Of a stretch of 64,000 nucleotides of DNA, positions 45,601 through 58,961 are shown piece after piece. Under the pieces are notes generated by a model. The model worked only from the letters and a program-made list of their open reading frames with translations. It was not told the DNA's origin and searched no databases. How positions within the stretch are numbered: position 1 is the first letter of the stretch; each line of letters begins with the position of its first letter. The DNA comes from Dimorphilus gyrociliatus (lineage: Eukaryota > Animalia > Annelida), in NCBI GenBank assembly GCA_904063045.1, contig CAJFCJ010000024.1, positions 124,001-188,000 on the forward strand, read 5' to 3'. A program made the translations under genes and the position numbers.

Positions 45601-48600
45601 TAAAAATCACGAAAGACGCATCTATATCAATTATCACCTAATTCCCACAACCTGATTTATGCGGAACATATACAGTATTTCGCCGCCGGGATATAGCCGA
45701 CCAAGTAAACAGGTAGAGCTATCTTGAAAAGAAAACCCTCTTATCAAAACTTTCCTCACCTTATTCCTTTCAAAATTGGTTTGACTTTTGCCATTAGGTT
45801 CTTTTCTTTTTTTTGAAAAATTACAATTCATTTTATAGAGAAAGAAATAACTAAGCAGTAAATAGTCTAGTTAACTTGTTTATATTCGTTGAAACCTACG
45901 ATATTTTATCGTTACGGTTCATTCTATCAATTTCAGCCTGGAGGATGGAGATATTAAGATTAACATTTACTTAGTTTCGCTGATATGTCTTCTGTCGACA
46001 TGTTGGTGTTTTTTTTTTGGGGTTCACTTTTTATTTAAAATGACAAAAAAGACTAAAATTACAGTATAAAAGTAAGAACCAAAAGAATGAGATTAAAAGT
46101 AAACAAGGTGAATGAGGGCTTTTAGGTTGAAGATCGTATTATCTCAGTGGAGATCCGACCTTTTCAGAAACAATTTATTATAAAATTCCATTAAATATTC
46201 AAATTTTGTCCATTGGTGAGAAAATAATTGTTTTATTTGATGAAATTATGCTTAAATTATTCACAAGTAAGTAAACTAACTTGTTCTTATTTCTAACTAT
46301 TTCTAATAAACTATAGTTTATTTATTAATTATTTTGTCTAATCGATTAAAAAAATTTTTTGTATAATTTACCTAAAGCAGATTTTGACCAGATTTCAACA
46401 GTTTTCCCATTCGACTTTACTTCGTCTTCCTCGTCTCCTTCATCAAATTTAAGTATATCTTCGTTGGGATCCGCGCCCTCAAACTCTTCTCCCCATGGGT
46501 TCCAATCTGGATTAGAAAGAATTATTTAGAATCTTTAAAAAAATATTATAGAGAACTAAATTTTTTTATACACGTTCAATAATTGCAAATCGTAATGTGG
46601 TTGTTGTTTGTATTGCGCAATCAATACTTAGCTGTGAATCGGTCAATAAGTGTTACAAAATCGTGATATATCCCATGTTTTGGGTTCTTAGCTCCTTAAT
46701 ATTTTCTAGGTTAAATAAAGTATTGAAATTAGCTTGAAAAATTGCTCAAAGGTGGTCAGTAATGGACTGCACACGCTCTCGTAATTTAACTCTTTACATT
46801 AACTAAATAATTTAGAATACTCAAAGTAAAGAGTACGACACGAAAATAGCATCAAATCAATTATTTTAAAAAACTTAAGCAAAAAAGAATAGTGATCAAT
46901 TAGACGTCGCCTGAGCACACCATTGACCGTTTGGTGGCATAGGCGTCTAACGTCTTCTTCTGACGAATGATTTGTTAGATCATCGTGAAAATCATAACGT
47001 AATTAGGCTTAAGTTTATTGCGGAAAGGATTCAAAAATAAAAGGGATAAACAGTCGATGATTTTCGTTCATTTTTCGGATAGGGAAAAGTAGCAAGGTTA
47101 AAACGTACATCAGTACTGAATGAATTTTTATGTTAGCAGTTACCAAGGGTGACGATAACGGCGTAAAATTTTATTATACGGTCCTTAAACCTATCGTTAA
47201 AATGTAATGGGTTTTTCTTATTTTTTCCTCCCTTTTCTACTACGAAGAGTAAAAAGAAACCGGTAGAACTTATACAGCTGCATTCTTCGGCGTGAGAAGA
47301 ATGCTGGAAAGGTTATCGAAGTCGAATAATATAAACAAAAATAGAGAACAGTCAAAACTCTGTATAGACGAGCTTTGAAAGCGGAACAGAACTAGGAAGT
47401 AGGAGAAGGGGGTAGTGACCGTTTTGAAAGCTATTTAGACCAATCAACTATCATTTAACCGATACCATAAAGCTTAGCTCTCAACTGGAATCATAAAATC
47501 CTATAAGAAACAACACATAGGCGCCCTCTTTTCTTCTCAAAAGGAATTTACGAAGTTTTATGAGGGAGGAATGGAAAAGAAAACAGATAAACGCTTCGTT
47601 GATACATTAATAAATATCTTTATGATAAATTGCAAAACGTTTAGGCCAAAAGCAAAATCGAAGTATTAAAATTACTTTACTAAATAATTGAATCCATTAT
47701 GTTGTATCTTAATTGAAACAATTTGGATTTGGTATTATTAAAGACTAGAACAGAAGCGTATCTTTTAGTAATAGCGTAAAAGGGGACTAATTAATAGTCC
47801 GCTCCTTTTAACACTACACATCCTGACTTCTAATAATAATGATAGAGAGGGTTTTGCAGTCTCTAAAGTGAACAATACAGAATAGAGTAGAAAAAAGAAG
47901 CAATGGAGCAAGAAATTTATAATCGTTTGTGTCATTTTCAACTCAATAAATAAGTTAAAATATTCCATTAAATAGAATAAACTTTTTCTGTTGTTTTGTT
48001 ATCTATTGATATTATCACGGAACATATTACAATTTCGATCTTCTACATTCGTCTTTGAAGAGCATAATAACATTTTAATAATATATCAAATCTTGATAAG
48101 ATATATTAATCAAATAGATAAAAATAAGAACGAGTTCTGGAATGAACTACTTATCGATTATTTGCTTGTTTTTAGTTCTTTTAAAAGTAAATGAATATTT
48201 ACCCTTTAAAATTTTCTCTATTTCTCTCTATCTTTTACTTACATGTATATTTGTTTGTAGAGGTTAAATGAAACTATATAGTTTCTTCAATAATTAAAAA
48301 TGAGAATGCATATAATATACAATAGCCAGTATACTTTCTATCTAATTAGTATTTGTCTATAGTTAACATATCCAACGAGTTTTTAGTATGTTTCTTTCAG
48401 TTTTTTTACTTTATTCATTAATTAGATGAAAAAGAACTGTTGCAAATGTATCAATTTAATTTGAGATTGGAGAAAGAGAGATTAGAGAGGTATAGAGAAT
48501 TGAAATTGGGCTCACCCTTAAAGAGATTAGGTAATAGGTTATGCAATAGAGATCACCACCTTGTAAGATGATACAATAAGATAAATAGTATTTATAATTG

Positions 48601-49213
48601 GATTGATAATTAAGTAATGCGTTCAATAGCGATTACTCGAAGGAGGGAAAGAGAGGAAAGAAAGCCTATGTTAAACAGTGAAATAAAACTTATTATTTAT
48701 ATTTGACTCTTGTACGTACACGTTGGCTACTTAAGTCTATATCTTTATTGACCATAGTGCGAAAGCCTCTATATATATAAAAAACAGAAAGAATCTTATC
48801 TGTTTTTTTTTCTTATATCGCCAATTATTCTCTGCTATGCAGGTTTTTACTCTCCTTTCAATAAATTTCTTTAAGCGATTGTTACACTTAATAAAATATC
48901 TTATTAACATAGTAAAAGAAATTGGACGAGATATAATACTAATTAATAAGCTTAATATTAAGGTTAGATGATATATATCTTCCATATGCTTATTATCCTC
49001 TTTTGGTTCCTAAAAATTTTTACAGAGGGCCTAACTGAGAGGTATTTTAGTTGGATACAAAGCATTCTTTGATTCTAACTCTCTTCTAAGATTACCTTCC
49101 ATTATTTTATAAAAAGGAAATATATCGACTCTAAAAAAAAAGGCCTATATTAAGTCGAACATCACTAGTTATAGGTGTAGTTTCTATAATTAAGTAATGC
49201 GGTATGTCATCTA

Positions 49214-49253
<40 letters not shown>

Positions 49254-50176
49254 TTTATGATATATATTTAAAAACATAGCTGTTCTAACTCAAATAGAGA
49301 AAGGTAAAGAGCTAAGAAAAATAAATAATATTATTATAAAAATAGGTAGAAAAGATATAACGTCGTGTTACTAGTTTACTTAAAGATGTAAACTTAAATA
49401 GTTTTGCGTGATTATCAATAAGTTCAAACACAAAGTAACCGTTATGTTATATTCTGGCTGGCGGCGTATAAACATGCATGCAGAGAGAAACAAATAAATT
49501 GTAAATGTATAATACCATATCAGTTTTAATATAGTACATGTGGAAACTTTTGTAAAGCTTGTTAAAGTATTATATTAATTATCTATCATTCTTGGAATGC
49601 TTTTCTATTTGCCTTTTTCCCATCTAGTAGATCATTTTACATAATCAAAGGAGAATAGTTATCAAAATGTTAATAATATATATCTATATATGTCTAGTAG
49701 TCATTACCGTTACTCGTACAAGTATTTATAAAATATATACTCCGTTTATATAATTTATGAGAATGTTTACAAAGAATTTTTACTGATAGACTATAAGTGT
49801 ACTTGGAATACGTTTTCCTACAAAATACATACATAATTTAGACGTAGAGATAAAGCTGATATCGTTTATTATACTTGTATACTTAAATACTTTAATCTAT
49901 CTGTATACTAATAATCAAGTAGACTAGTTTCTACTCTCTTTTGTTAGAAATTAATTAAAGTTGAGTGTTGGAAATCAATTAAATTAGAAAGAGAAAGAAA
50001 ACAAGAAAATTTTATAACTGACCTTCATCAACTTCGGTGAGCTTGTCTAAGATTTTCTGCTGATTACCTAATTCTGATTTCAATAGTTTCTGAACAAATT
50101 GATAGCCAGTGTAGCAGGTAATTAAGATGTAACAGATTAGAAATATTAATCCTATACGTTTCAATGTAACTTTCAT
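42692..50176 (-). CDS. RXYLT1: Ribitol-5-phosphate xylosyltransferase RXYLT1/TMEM5, 4 coding exons, 410 aa
   Basis: Exons 50176-50023 (signal anchor MKVTLKRIGLIFLICYILITCYTGY), 46506-46372 (DWNPWGEE...VEIWSKSALG), 44151-44052 (IYLWEHIL) and 43535-42692 (LLGNEKCENEW, FQFPLGV, LCPAEKNLETFRIYEALSYGSIP). Total 1233 nt in frame, with motifs in the same order as in human TMEM5. Confidence 0.9.
49220..49251. repeat. (TA)16 microsatellite in RXYLT1 intron 1
   Basis: Directly visible perfect TA run. Confidence 0.95.
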
Positions 50177-51285
50177 TCCACAGTAGAAGAAAAATAGAGA
50201 AAAAAATCTATATCATTCTTTTTCTTCTCTTATTTAAAAACATCTGAAGTTATCTTCTTTTTATTTTCTAGTTGTTTTATGATTATTTACTACGTTATTT
50301 TTCAAGATTAATTTATAAAATAATATTTCTTTTTTGTTGCTTTTTCTTTAATAAAAACCTATTTAAAAAATACTGAATAAATTCTTTCTAAAGCAACTTG
50401 AAGCGAGCGTAATAGGGTATTTGATGATAATATCTTCAACCAAACACCTGATGGACTCGCGCTTTTCAACTGACGTCTATAAACTGGTTACCTAATCCAA
50501 TAACGACTGGTCCCGAATTCCCCCAAAAAAGAGAGATATAAGGACAATTCCCATCTAAATAAGATATACTCATTCTAATGCCTCTCTTTTCTCTTCAGAT
50601 GTGTATTATGTAATAATATTATAAACAATTAATTCATTTTGTCTTTCATATTCGTTTTATATTACTTTGCCTACGTTATTGTTTTTATTATTAACTGTCG
50701 ATAATGTTTTTATTACCGCCAATGTTCCCATGTTCCATAGAACACTTTTACGTAATTTCTTTTTAATGTTTTTACTATAAAATTATACGTAAAATATTTA
50801 TCGGATAATAGATTGTTGGACTGTTTTAAAAGTAGTACCGAATTCGGCAAAGTAATTACCTCTAATTGCATTAGTAGTGTATGTATTTAACCGTTATGCC
50901 GCTACGTGAGAAGCACTTCAACGATGCTTTTAGTTTTCTAGGTTTTCACTAGTTTATTTTGCGTAATATACAGGAAGAAATCTGCAAGGTGAGAGGCTAA
51001 TTTACATAATAAGCAGGAAAGTAAGGAAAGGATTATTATTTGTGGTTAAGAGTGCAACAACAAAATGTTATACAAAGAGAAGAACATTAACGTTAACTAA
51101 AGAAAATGGAGAAAGAAGAAAACCAAGAGATTTTCCAGCTTAATACGAAACTTTTACAATTTACAGTATACTTATAGATATATATATATAAGCAGTATAT
51201 AATTACTCACAAATTGCTAGACCAACAAACAATTTTATGTTAGATAAATAACACAAGGTAAAAAAAAATTTTTCGGTCCTTTGCT

Positions 51286-51296
51286 GGCGCCATCTT
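51286..51296 (-). promoter_or_regulatory. YY1-type AAGATGGCGCC motif, candidate RXYLT1 transcription-start region
   Basis: Exact AAGATGGCGCC on the minus strand, followed by a GTGAGT donor near 51210, about 1.1 kb upstream of the RXYLT1 ATG. Confidence 0.3.
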
Positions 51297-51795
51297 GTAG
51301 ATTTCATCAATTTCATTTCTCCCTTCATCTTCTACTTTCTTTTTTATTATTGTTATTTTCTCATTAAATCCTACTTTCTTCTTGTTCATGTCTAAAACAT
51401 TAGATTGAAGGGAATTTACTGATTCGCTGTTAATAACAAAACAAAAATGGCTACATTTTACAAGGGAAAAAAAGCAGGATAATTAAAATATTTATAATAG
51501 AAATTGTGTAGAAAATATATAAAAAAGAATAAGAAAAAAGAACATTTTTAAGAAATAAAAGAAGAGACAGAATAAACAAGTTTTGTTCTATTTAATAATT
51601 GATGTTAGAAGACTTTTTTTCTCTCATTGTTATTATCCTATTTCTCCGATAGATGGTGCAATCATGTCGAACAAAATCTATTAGCGAAAGGAAGCTATAT
51701 GATTTGAACTTTTTATAATAGTTACATTTTGTTTTTCTGTCGAAATAGTAATTAACATTGTTGTCTATATACAATATCTTGTTACGTTTATGGTG

Positions 51796-52520
51796 TTAAT
51801 TGTCGACAATAGAGACGTCAAACGAATCCAACTGGCCTCTAGCGTAGTAAGAACTCCATACATATAATTTACGTTCTTTCCAGTTGTAATTGAAACTCGA
51901 GTATGTTTTAGTAGGAATGGTATCTATGACTAATTCATCAGATGATAATTTCCAACCTTTTCTTTCAGTTGTGTCGTAGATATACTTGACATATAAATTA
52001 GGTTTAGTTGGTTTCCAGTCCAGAACATGTAATTTACCACAAGCGAAAAATGTTCCAATAACATCCGATTTATTTAAATTTAGGTGAAATTCTTCGAGAA
52101 TTTTTATATTTCTTGAAGATGGATGCATCTTATATAGTACTAATTTACCGTAGTTTTCTTGTTTAACAGATGAAGCGGTTAAGTAAATAGATTTTGAGTC
52201 AGATGCTAATTGATGCGATGTATAATCTGTACTGAATTTATAAGGTGATTGATCGTTATGAGCTATGTCCGGAAATTTTTTTCCTCTATATGGTTTATTT
52301 TTACGATTTAAATCATAAGCCTGTAGTCTTCCATTGATTGATATACAGAAGAGAGTATGATTATATACTAAATTGCCAGTTCCTGTTGATAAATGTTATA
52401 AATTCATTATCATTACAGAATAAATATATTAGCTACTTAATTTAAATACTCTTTAGGAATAATGGCAATATACAACAAAGAGAGAAAAGAAGGAACTGAG
52501 AAAAGGAAAGTAAAATAGAC

Positions 52521-52553
<33 letters not shown>

Positions 52554-55528
52554 GGGGAGGGAGTAAAATGAAGAAAAAGAAAAAGAGAAACCTTTTGGGA
52601 AAAGGGAAAAAATTTAGCTCAAGTCATTGTTGATGGATTGTGTTTTCACTCTTTTCAAAAACTATCCATACCAGTAAAGAATTTTTCTATAGCACTATAG
52701 AGTATTGTACATAGTGTAAAAATGATATTGTTTGCATATCTATTCCATTTTAAAAGTGTCTTAATTGCTAATTGTGTTTCAAACTCTTAAACTTAATTAC
52801 ACTTCGTGTCATCTCTCTTCATGAAACGAGAGTCAGAGTTTACATACAATCTCTATATAGATGGAAAAAGAATAACTTAGTGAAATAAAATGGGAGAAAG
52901 TATGCAATAGATCATATACAGTACTAAAGTAAAAAAGGTAATGCTTTCACAGAGGAGACAGTATCAGTGATGCGTGCGAATTAATTTGCATATCATATTT
53001 CTTGTAAATAAGGAAGTGGACGAAATAATTCTCGTTCCTTCTCTCTATAAGGAGTAATACATAATTTTTGTATATTTCGCTTGATGTCTGAACATAGACC
53101 GATGGAAAATTTAAGCTTCAAAAGACAATATAGAAGGCAACCGGTAGTTTTTATTTCCTTTAAGTTTTCTTCTGTTTTTATAGTTTATAAACAATATATA
53201 TTGCATATATAGATCTAAAGTTGTATAAATTATTATATCGGGTTTCGGTTCTATAAAATTTCGGACGTTGAGTGATTGAAAAGAAACGGAAAAGGATAAA
53301 GTTTATCATGATATGAATTTCAAAAGGACTATAAATATTTTCCACTCACCTGAACATTTGAAAGGCAGATGGTACTTTCGAGCCATCAATTTAAGGATCC
53401 TTCTCCTTTGCTTTGACAATGCGGATTCATTTTGATAGGCGTGTAGAAAGACGTTCTTATTACTTCTAAATGTATAAACAGTTGAATCCTCCGATTTTGC
53501 ATCCTTTTGAAAAGAGCCAGCTTGAGCCCAAATATACGACGCCAAATTTTTTCGGTGATCGATCTTATCGACTCGGCAAGCTAACGGAAATATTTCGTAA
53601 ACATTTTATCGGCTAAAAGGTTAAAAAGATTTTCAGAACGAATCACGTGTTTGCCATTTTTACGGTGCTAGCCATTTACCTAGAAGTTTTTTTTCACTGA
53701 TGTTTGTACAAACAAAACTGGCTTCTTGATATAAACACATATGGTGGGCGTTATGTAAAGAAAAAAGTCTTACTTTTACTAATAGCGTTGTTTTTTAACG
53801 TAGCATTTATTAAATATACAAATCTTGTAATTGTTTTTATCTCCTTATAATAATACTTATAAAGATACGGGTTTTCCGATAGTAAATATTGTAAAATTAG
53901 TATATTTGTAATCTACTTACAAGACTCAACAGTTTCGCTAATTCCACCTTGGTCAGGTACCTGAATTTGTCTTTCAGTTTTAGCATTTCTATCCGATTTC
54001 TCTGTTGGCTTTGGTTGAACAATAGGAGGGACTGTAGATTTGAGACTAAGTCCACTTTCTAATGTATCCAATACAGCGTCCAATTTAAGCGTGTTACTAT
54101 CAATATTTTGAGATTTAAGTTCAATGGCTTCCTTATTATTTTGAATATTTCTTTCCATTAAAGTGAATTGCGCCTTGGATGGTAAATTTAATTCAATCTT
54201 TGAAACGTTATGATATAATTTCGTAAAATTTGATTTACAAGTATTAATGTCGTATAAGATTTTACTTATATCCATCTCCATCTTATCTGTGATACGATCT
54301 AAACGACCAATTCCCGCTAACTTTTCATCCAATTCTATATTATTACCATTTTGTTTTATCAAATTTTCAATTTCCGATAACTCGAATTCGTGAGAATTGA
54401 GTATTTTTGTATGATTAGTTAGATCTAATCGAATTTGTCTCAACTGAGCGTCGACAGCGTCCAACCTTTTTTTAGAACCACTCGACTTTCTGCGTCGCTT
54501 GGATAGTTTCTTCTTTACGTTTATACTTCTTGGTCTTAAGCGTCTCTCATTAGAAGTCTGTTGGAAAGAATGAATTTTTATCATTTATTCGCTTTTCTCT
54601 TTTTATTTTAGAAGCAAAAAAATGCTATAATACAATAGCATTTTACATAGTTTGCATACAATCTCATGTTTTGGGTGGGTTATTGACAAACATCCTTCAT
54701 CTAATGGAAAACTACGTAAGTTCATTTGAAATAGAGAAAGCTTTCGTGTTCTTTTCAAATGGTACCACTAAATTCCAAGATAATTAAAACCAAGTATAGC
54801 TTTCCCCTCCTTAATATGTATTATTGAGTATTGTTAATTAAATTTTAACAAGAACGCCCCCCTCTATTACATTTAGATACTAAATATATACTTTTACAGA
54901 CTTTTATACAACTCATTATATCAATCAAGCGTGAATAGATCACTTTGTACTGTATCTTAAATCAATTATGGCCAAGAGATATTTCTCTAGTAAACATAAT
55001 TAATTATAAGAGAGATTCTAAGGAAAAAGAGTTATAAAGTGTACAATTGTAAAGGGCTCCCCCTTTTAATAAAAAAAATACTAATTAATCGCTTTAAATT
55101 TGTTTGATGAGCATTATCATAGGTACATAATAGGCTATAATGGATGAAGAGACTATAAACTGTGCAAATATGGTATTCTAATGGAAATTAATTTGGTATT
55201 CGAATTATAAAGATTAAATATAGTGATAATTTCATCATAATCCATTAAATTTCCAGGTAAGAAGTAGAAAATAGGGAGTTACTTTAAATCTCATTAGAGT
55301 ATCACTAATTCGATCCAACCGTCCAATCGATAAACGCATATTCTCCATCCTCTCCTCCAATCGGTCCAAATTGCCAATCCGCTGCTCCAGTATGTCGATC
55401 CGTCTCTCGAGGACGTCAAAAGCGTCTTGAAACCATTCGACCACCGTCGATTTCCGGTCACTATTCAATTCCGTCGATGTGTTACAAATAAGAATAAGAA
55501 ATAGGAAACAGAATGTTGCCCCCAGCAT
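51796..55528 (-). CDS. Secreted olfactomedin-domain protein (signal peptide, coiled coil, OLF beta-propeller), 4 exons, 566 aa
   Basis: Exons 55528-55283, 54557-53921, 53580-53350 and 52382-51796 (1701 nt in frame). OLF motifs LPFKCSGTGNLVYN, PY.F...LASD, GTFFACGKLHV, YDT, NYNWKERKLYVW. Confidence 0.88.
52521..52560. repeat. (GA)n / polypurine microsatellite in the last olfactomedin intron
   Basis: AGAGAG... run with GGG interruptions. Confidence 0.9.
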
Positions 55529-57214
55529 ATTTTCTACGGAAAAAGACAAACTTTAACAATAGACGGCAAATATATAGATTAGGCCTAAAGCAGTCGTTAA
55601 TCAATAGGTTTGTTAAATGCTCTGCAAAATTGTTGCTATCAATCAGCTTAAATTCTCTTCGAGTTTTGCTTTTGCAGTTGTTTCATCTACTTTTAAAATT
55701 TTGATTAGGCGGAAACTGTTTTTCAACAAAACATTTCCACTTTTCGACCTCAAAAATACTTGTTAGAATAATTATAAAAGAGGCAAACACGAATAAACAA
55801 ACACTATAACTTGATTGAATGAATCAACCTTCGTAAATACTTAAGTTTTTTTCTTATCATATTCTCTGTCTATGCAAAACTGTTCCTAATGGAACGGAAA
55901 ATAAGCGTATACTGACCTATAAGATTTTTGCGCAAGTTCTTGTTCTTTTTCTTTATCTTTTCACTTAGAAAAGAACTTGTTTGTACTTTAGTTTTTTTTC
56001 TTCTTCTAAAAAAACAAAACTTTCTGTAGAAACAACCAGTAAACGCAGTATAAGAAGAAGAAGAAAAAAAAACACAACGAAGAAGTGGGAGAAGAAGAAA
56101 CAATGAGATGAATGAGAAGATGTTAGAAAAGGGGAAAAATTACCTTCTCTCTTATGTACGTCCAGTAGGAGTTTGTTGGGGATTTTTTTTTCAATTTGGC
56201 TCCGCCTATCCATAGTATGATTGACATAAACATATTCGACGCTCCATACATTTTTATATTAACTGTATAAAACTATATTATTAAAATTTTACTAAATTAA
56301 ATAAGAAACCTTTTAAACTGTATTAAGCTAACCATATTGCATATTATAGATATGTATATACAGTATATAAATTTCTATATATATACTATGTATGGTCTAT
56401 ACAGCAAACTTGTACTACCTGCAATACAAAAGGATATACCTACTATAAAAGGTAAGTCCTCTTACCCAAGCATTTTGGATTGTTTATAATTAGAAAAATG
56501 TGAGAAATTAATATTTTTCTTGGAAGAAACTAATTCAAAGGGTTAATTAATTAAAATAGACGGCCTTATCTATTTATAGTTGTTTTCTTTTTAGACTGTA
56601 CTTAACTAATTCTTAAATATTATTTAGTTTGCTAATATTTTATAAATGTCTAATAAATGAATATTCATTAGATTAATTATCTAATTTATTGATACAAATT
56701 TACCTACAGGAAACACTGTACAAAAACTACTATTGTATTTTGTTGAGATTTAAGGTGCCTTAAGAGTAAATGGAAGCGCTTTTTGGCGTTAAGAAGTGCC
56801 AACTATCTGAACTTTATGGTTGTGAGTAATATATTGCATGTAAAGATAAGAGGGAATTTTTTTTCAACTAGGCCTAAGAATGAACTATAATTAATAGGTA
56901 GAACGAGTGTTATTGTTTAGTATCTGTTTGAAGATACGAAGGATATATAGAAGTTATTATAAATACAATATAGTGCAGATATCACAATAAAAAAAAGTAA
57001 CCATATTTCTTTGAAAAGACCAGAATAGTGAACTTAAGATGTAGTTAGTTTGAAACGAAAGTATTGTCTACCCTATATACATATCTATACTATCTAACTA
57101 TTATTAATTTACATTATTATTAATAATTAATTAACCATTTTTCATTACAAAGTCCTCAGTAAAAATGTGTATTCAAGATATATATTCATCGGTGTATATA
57201 CTCTAACTGTTTAT

Positions 57215-58961
57215 TTATTCCTTCACATTACCCACAACAAAGTAATAGTTTATGAGAGATAGCATCATAAGGAAGACTGTGGGAATTAATCTAGGTGAAT
57301 ATGAAGCGGATAAATCACCACCGCATCCCATATATAACATTTTGTTCGGAGAACTTTGTTTTATGTAGCTGTATCTGAAGTCTATTGTATCTTGAGAAGA
57401 GACACTCAACAGCCATTCGTAAACTTTCGCTGGTTTTATACTTTCATCATGATAGCTTAAATAGCGAGCCATAACGCCTGCAACAAATGGAGAAGCCATT
57501 GAAGTTCCTTGTAAGGTATTCGTTGCTGTGTTAGTGGTATGATAGGTGGACTTAATACTTTCTCCAGGAGCAAAAATATCTAAACAGCTTCCATAATTTG
57601 AAAAGTGTGATATTCTGTCTGCCTTATCTGTTGCACCAACAGTTATTACTTCGTTCATTCTAGCGGGAGACCAATAGCACGCATCGCTCCGATCATTTCC
57701 AGCTGCAACTGCGACAGGTATTCCTAAATTAACGGCTTCTCTCAAGCATCTTTCCAATGTTACCGATTGTCCTGATGCCGATAAGCCTAAGCTTAGATTT
57801 GCTACAGCTTTAGCCTTTTTATTTGCTGATTTTTTCTTTTTAAAATCGTCAACCATCCAGTCAATACCTTCAATTAAATTTGCTAATTGCCCAGCTCCCT
57901 CAGAATTTAGAACTTTGACCGCCACAACACTAGCTTCTTTAGCAACACCGTGTTTTGAACCGGCCGCTATTCCAGCAACGTGTGTTCCATGACCATTCTT
58001 ATCTTCTGGGCCTTCTAAGTTGTGTAACCAAGTTGCAGTGAAGCCCTGAGAAGCCTGTGTCCCGAAATCATCGTGGTTGATGTTAACACCAGAATCGACA
58101 ACGTATATTGTAACACCCTTTCCGCTGTCAACGTTGCTGTATCTAATAGAAATAAAAGGAAAATTTAAGTACAAAAATATTAATTTAAGAGATAAGAATC
58201 AGTATTGAAGCTTATTAATAAGTTTATTTTTAGCGTTATTTAATTCTAAATAGATTGAGCTCCCTTGCGCCTTTTGTCATGGAGATATTCTTTCCTATCT
58301 TAGTATAAGAATCTCAATGTTTGAGCCGAATTTTCCCTCAGCGTCTTTTTTTTCTATACACACAGAATATATACTTATTTACATTGTATAGAAGTAGATT
58401 TAAGGAGTTATTTCATATTTTTAAATACATAATACTTGTGAATAATTTAATAGGAGAAAGGTTCTGAAAAGGTTTACTAAACCTGTAAGATGATCCTTGA
58501 AAGCTGCTGGGAGACGCATGTCTACTTATTCTCGATAAACCCCAAAGTTCTTCTCCCGATTTCTGGTGGATACAATCGGCTTGTGGCTTTGAAGTTGTTG
58601 GTACATAAGCTTGAATTTCAGCATCTTCTTCTATGTATTCAACGACATCCAAATTTCTTATTAAGCTCAAATAATCCTGAACAACTCTCTCTTCAATAAC
58701 ATACCCTCCAAAATCTCCGAGAGAGAATGTAAAATTTGGTTGAAAATGATATTCTCTTGAAAATGTATAAGCAACTTCACCCAATAGATTATTAATAAGT
58801 TTATCCCTCTTCAATACGATAATGTAATTCCTAACATAATTATATCCATTACTTAATGTAGATCTTACAAGAGGCGTTTTTGCTTTATAAAGAGGCGCTA
58901 TTTTACAATGTATAAATGTAAAAGACACAAATACAAGGAAAATCAGACTTAAAGCTTTCAT
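57215..58961 (-). CDS. Subtilisin S8A proteinase-K/PCSK9-like serine protease with I9 propeptide and hydrophobic C-terminus, 2 exons, 468 aa
   Basis: Exons 58961-58483 and 58142-57215 (1407 nt in frame). Catalytic triad VVDSG, GHGTHVAG, GTSMASP; oxyanion AAGN; WGLSRIS; prodomain VEYIEEDA. Confidence 0.93.

Noticed and set aside
47765-48985. ORFs at 47765, 47991 and 48737
   Set aside because: They lie inside RXYLT1 intron 1 and look compositionally like random AT-rich DNA.
54619-54644. Perfect 10-bp hairpin AAAATGCTAT/ATAGCATTTT in olfactomedin intron 1
   Set aside because: AT-rich and short, so expected by chance in this composition.
55513-56213. ORFs 55513, 55870 and 55965
   Set aside because: Low-complexity T/A-run translations in the olfactomedin 5' region, with no coding signal.
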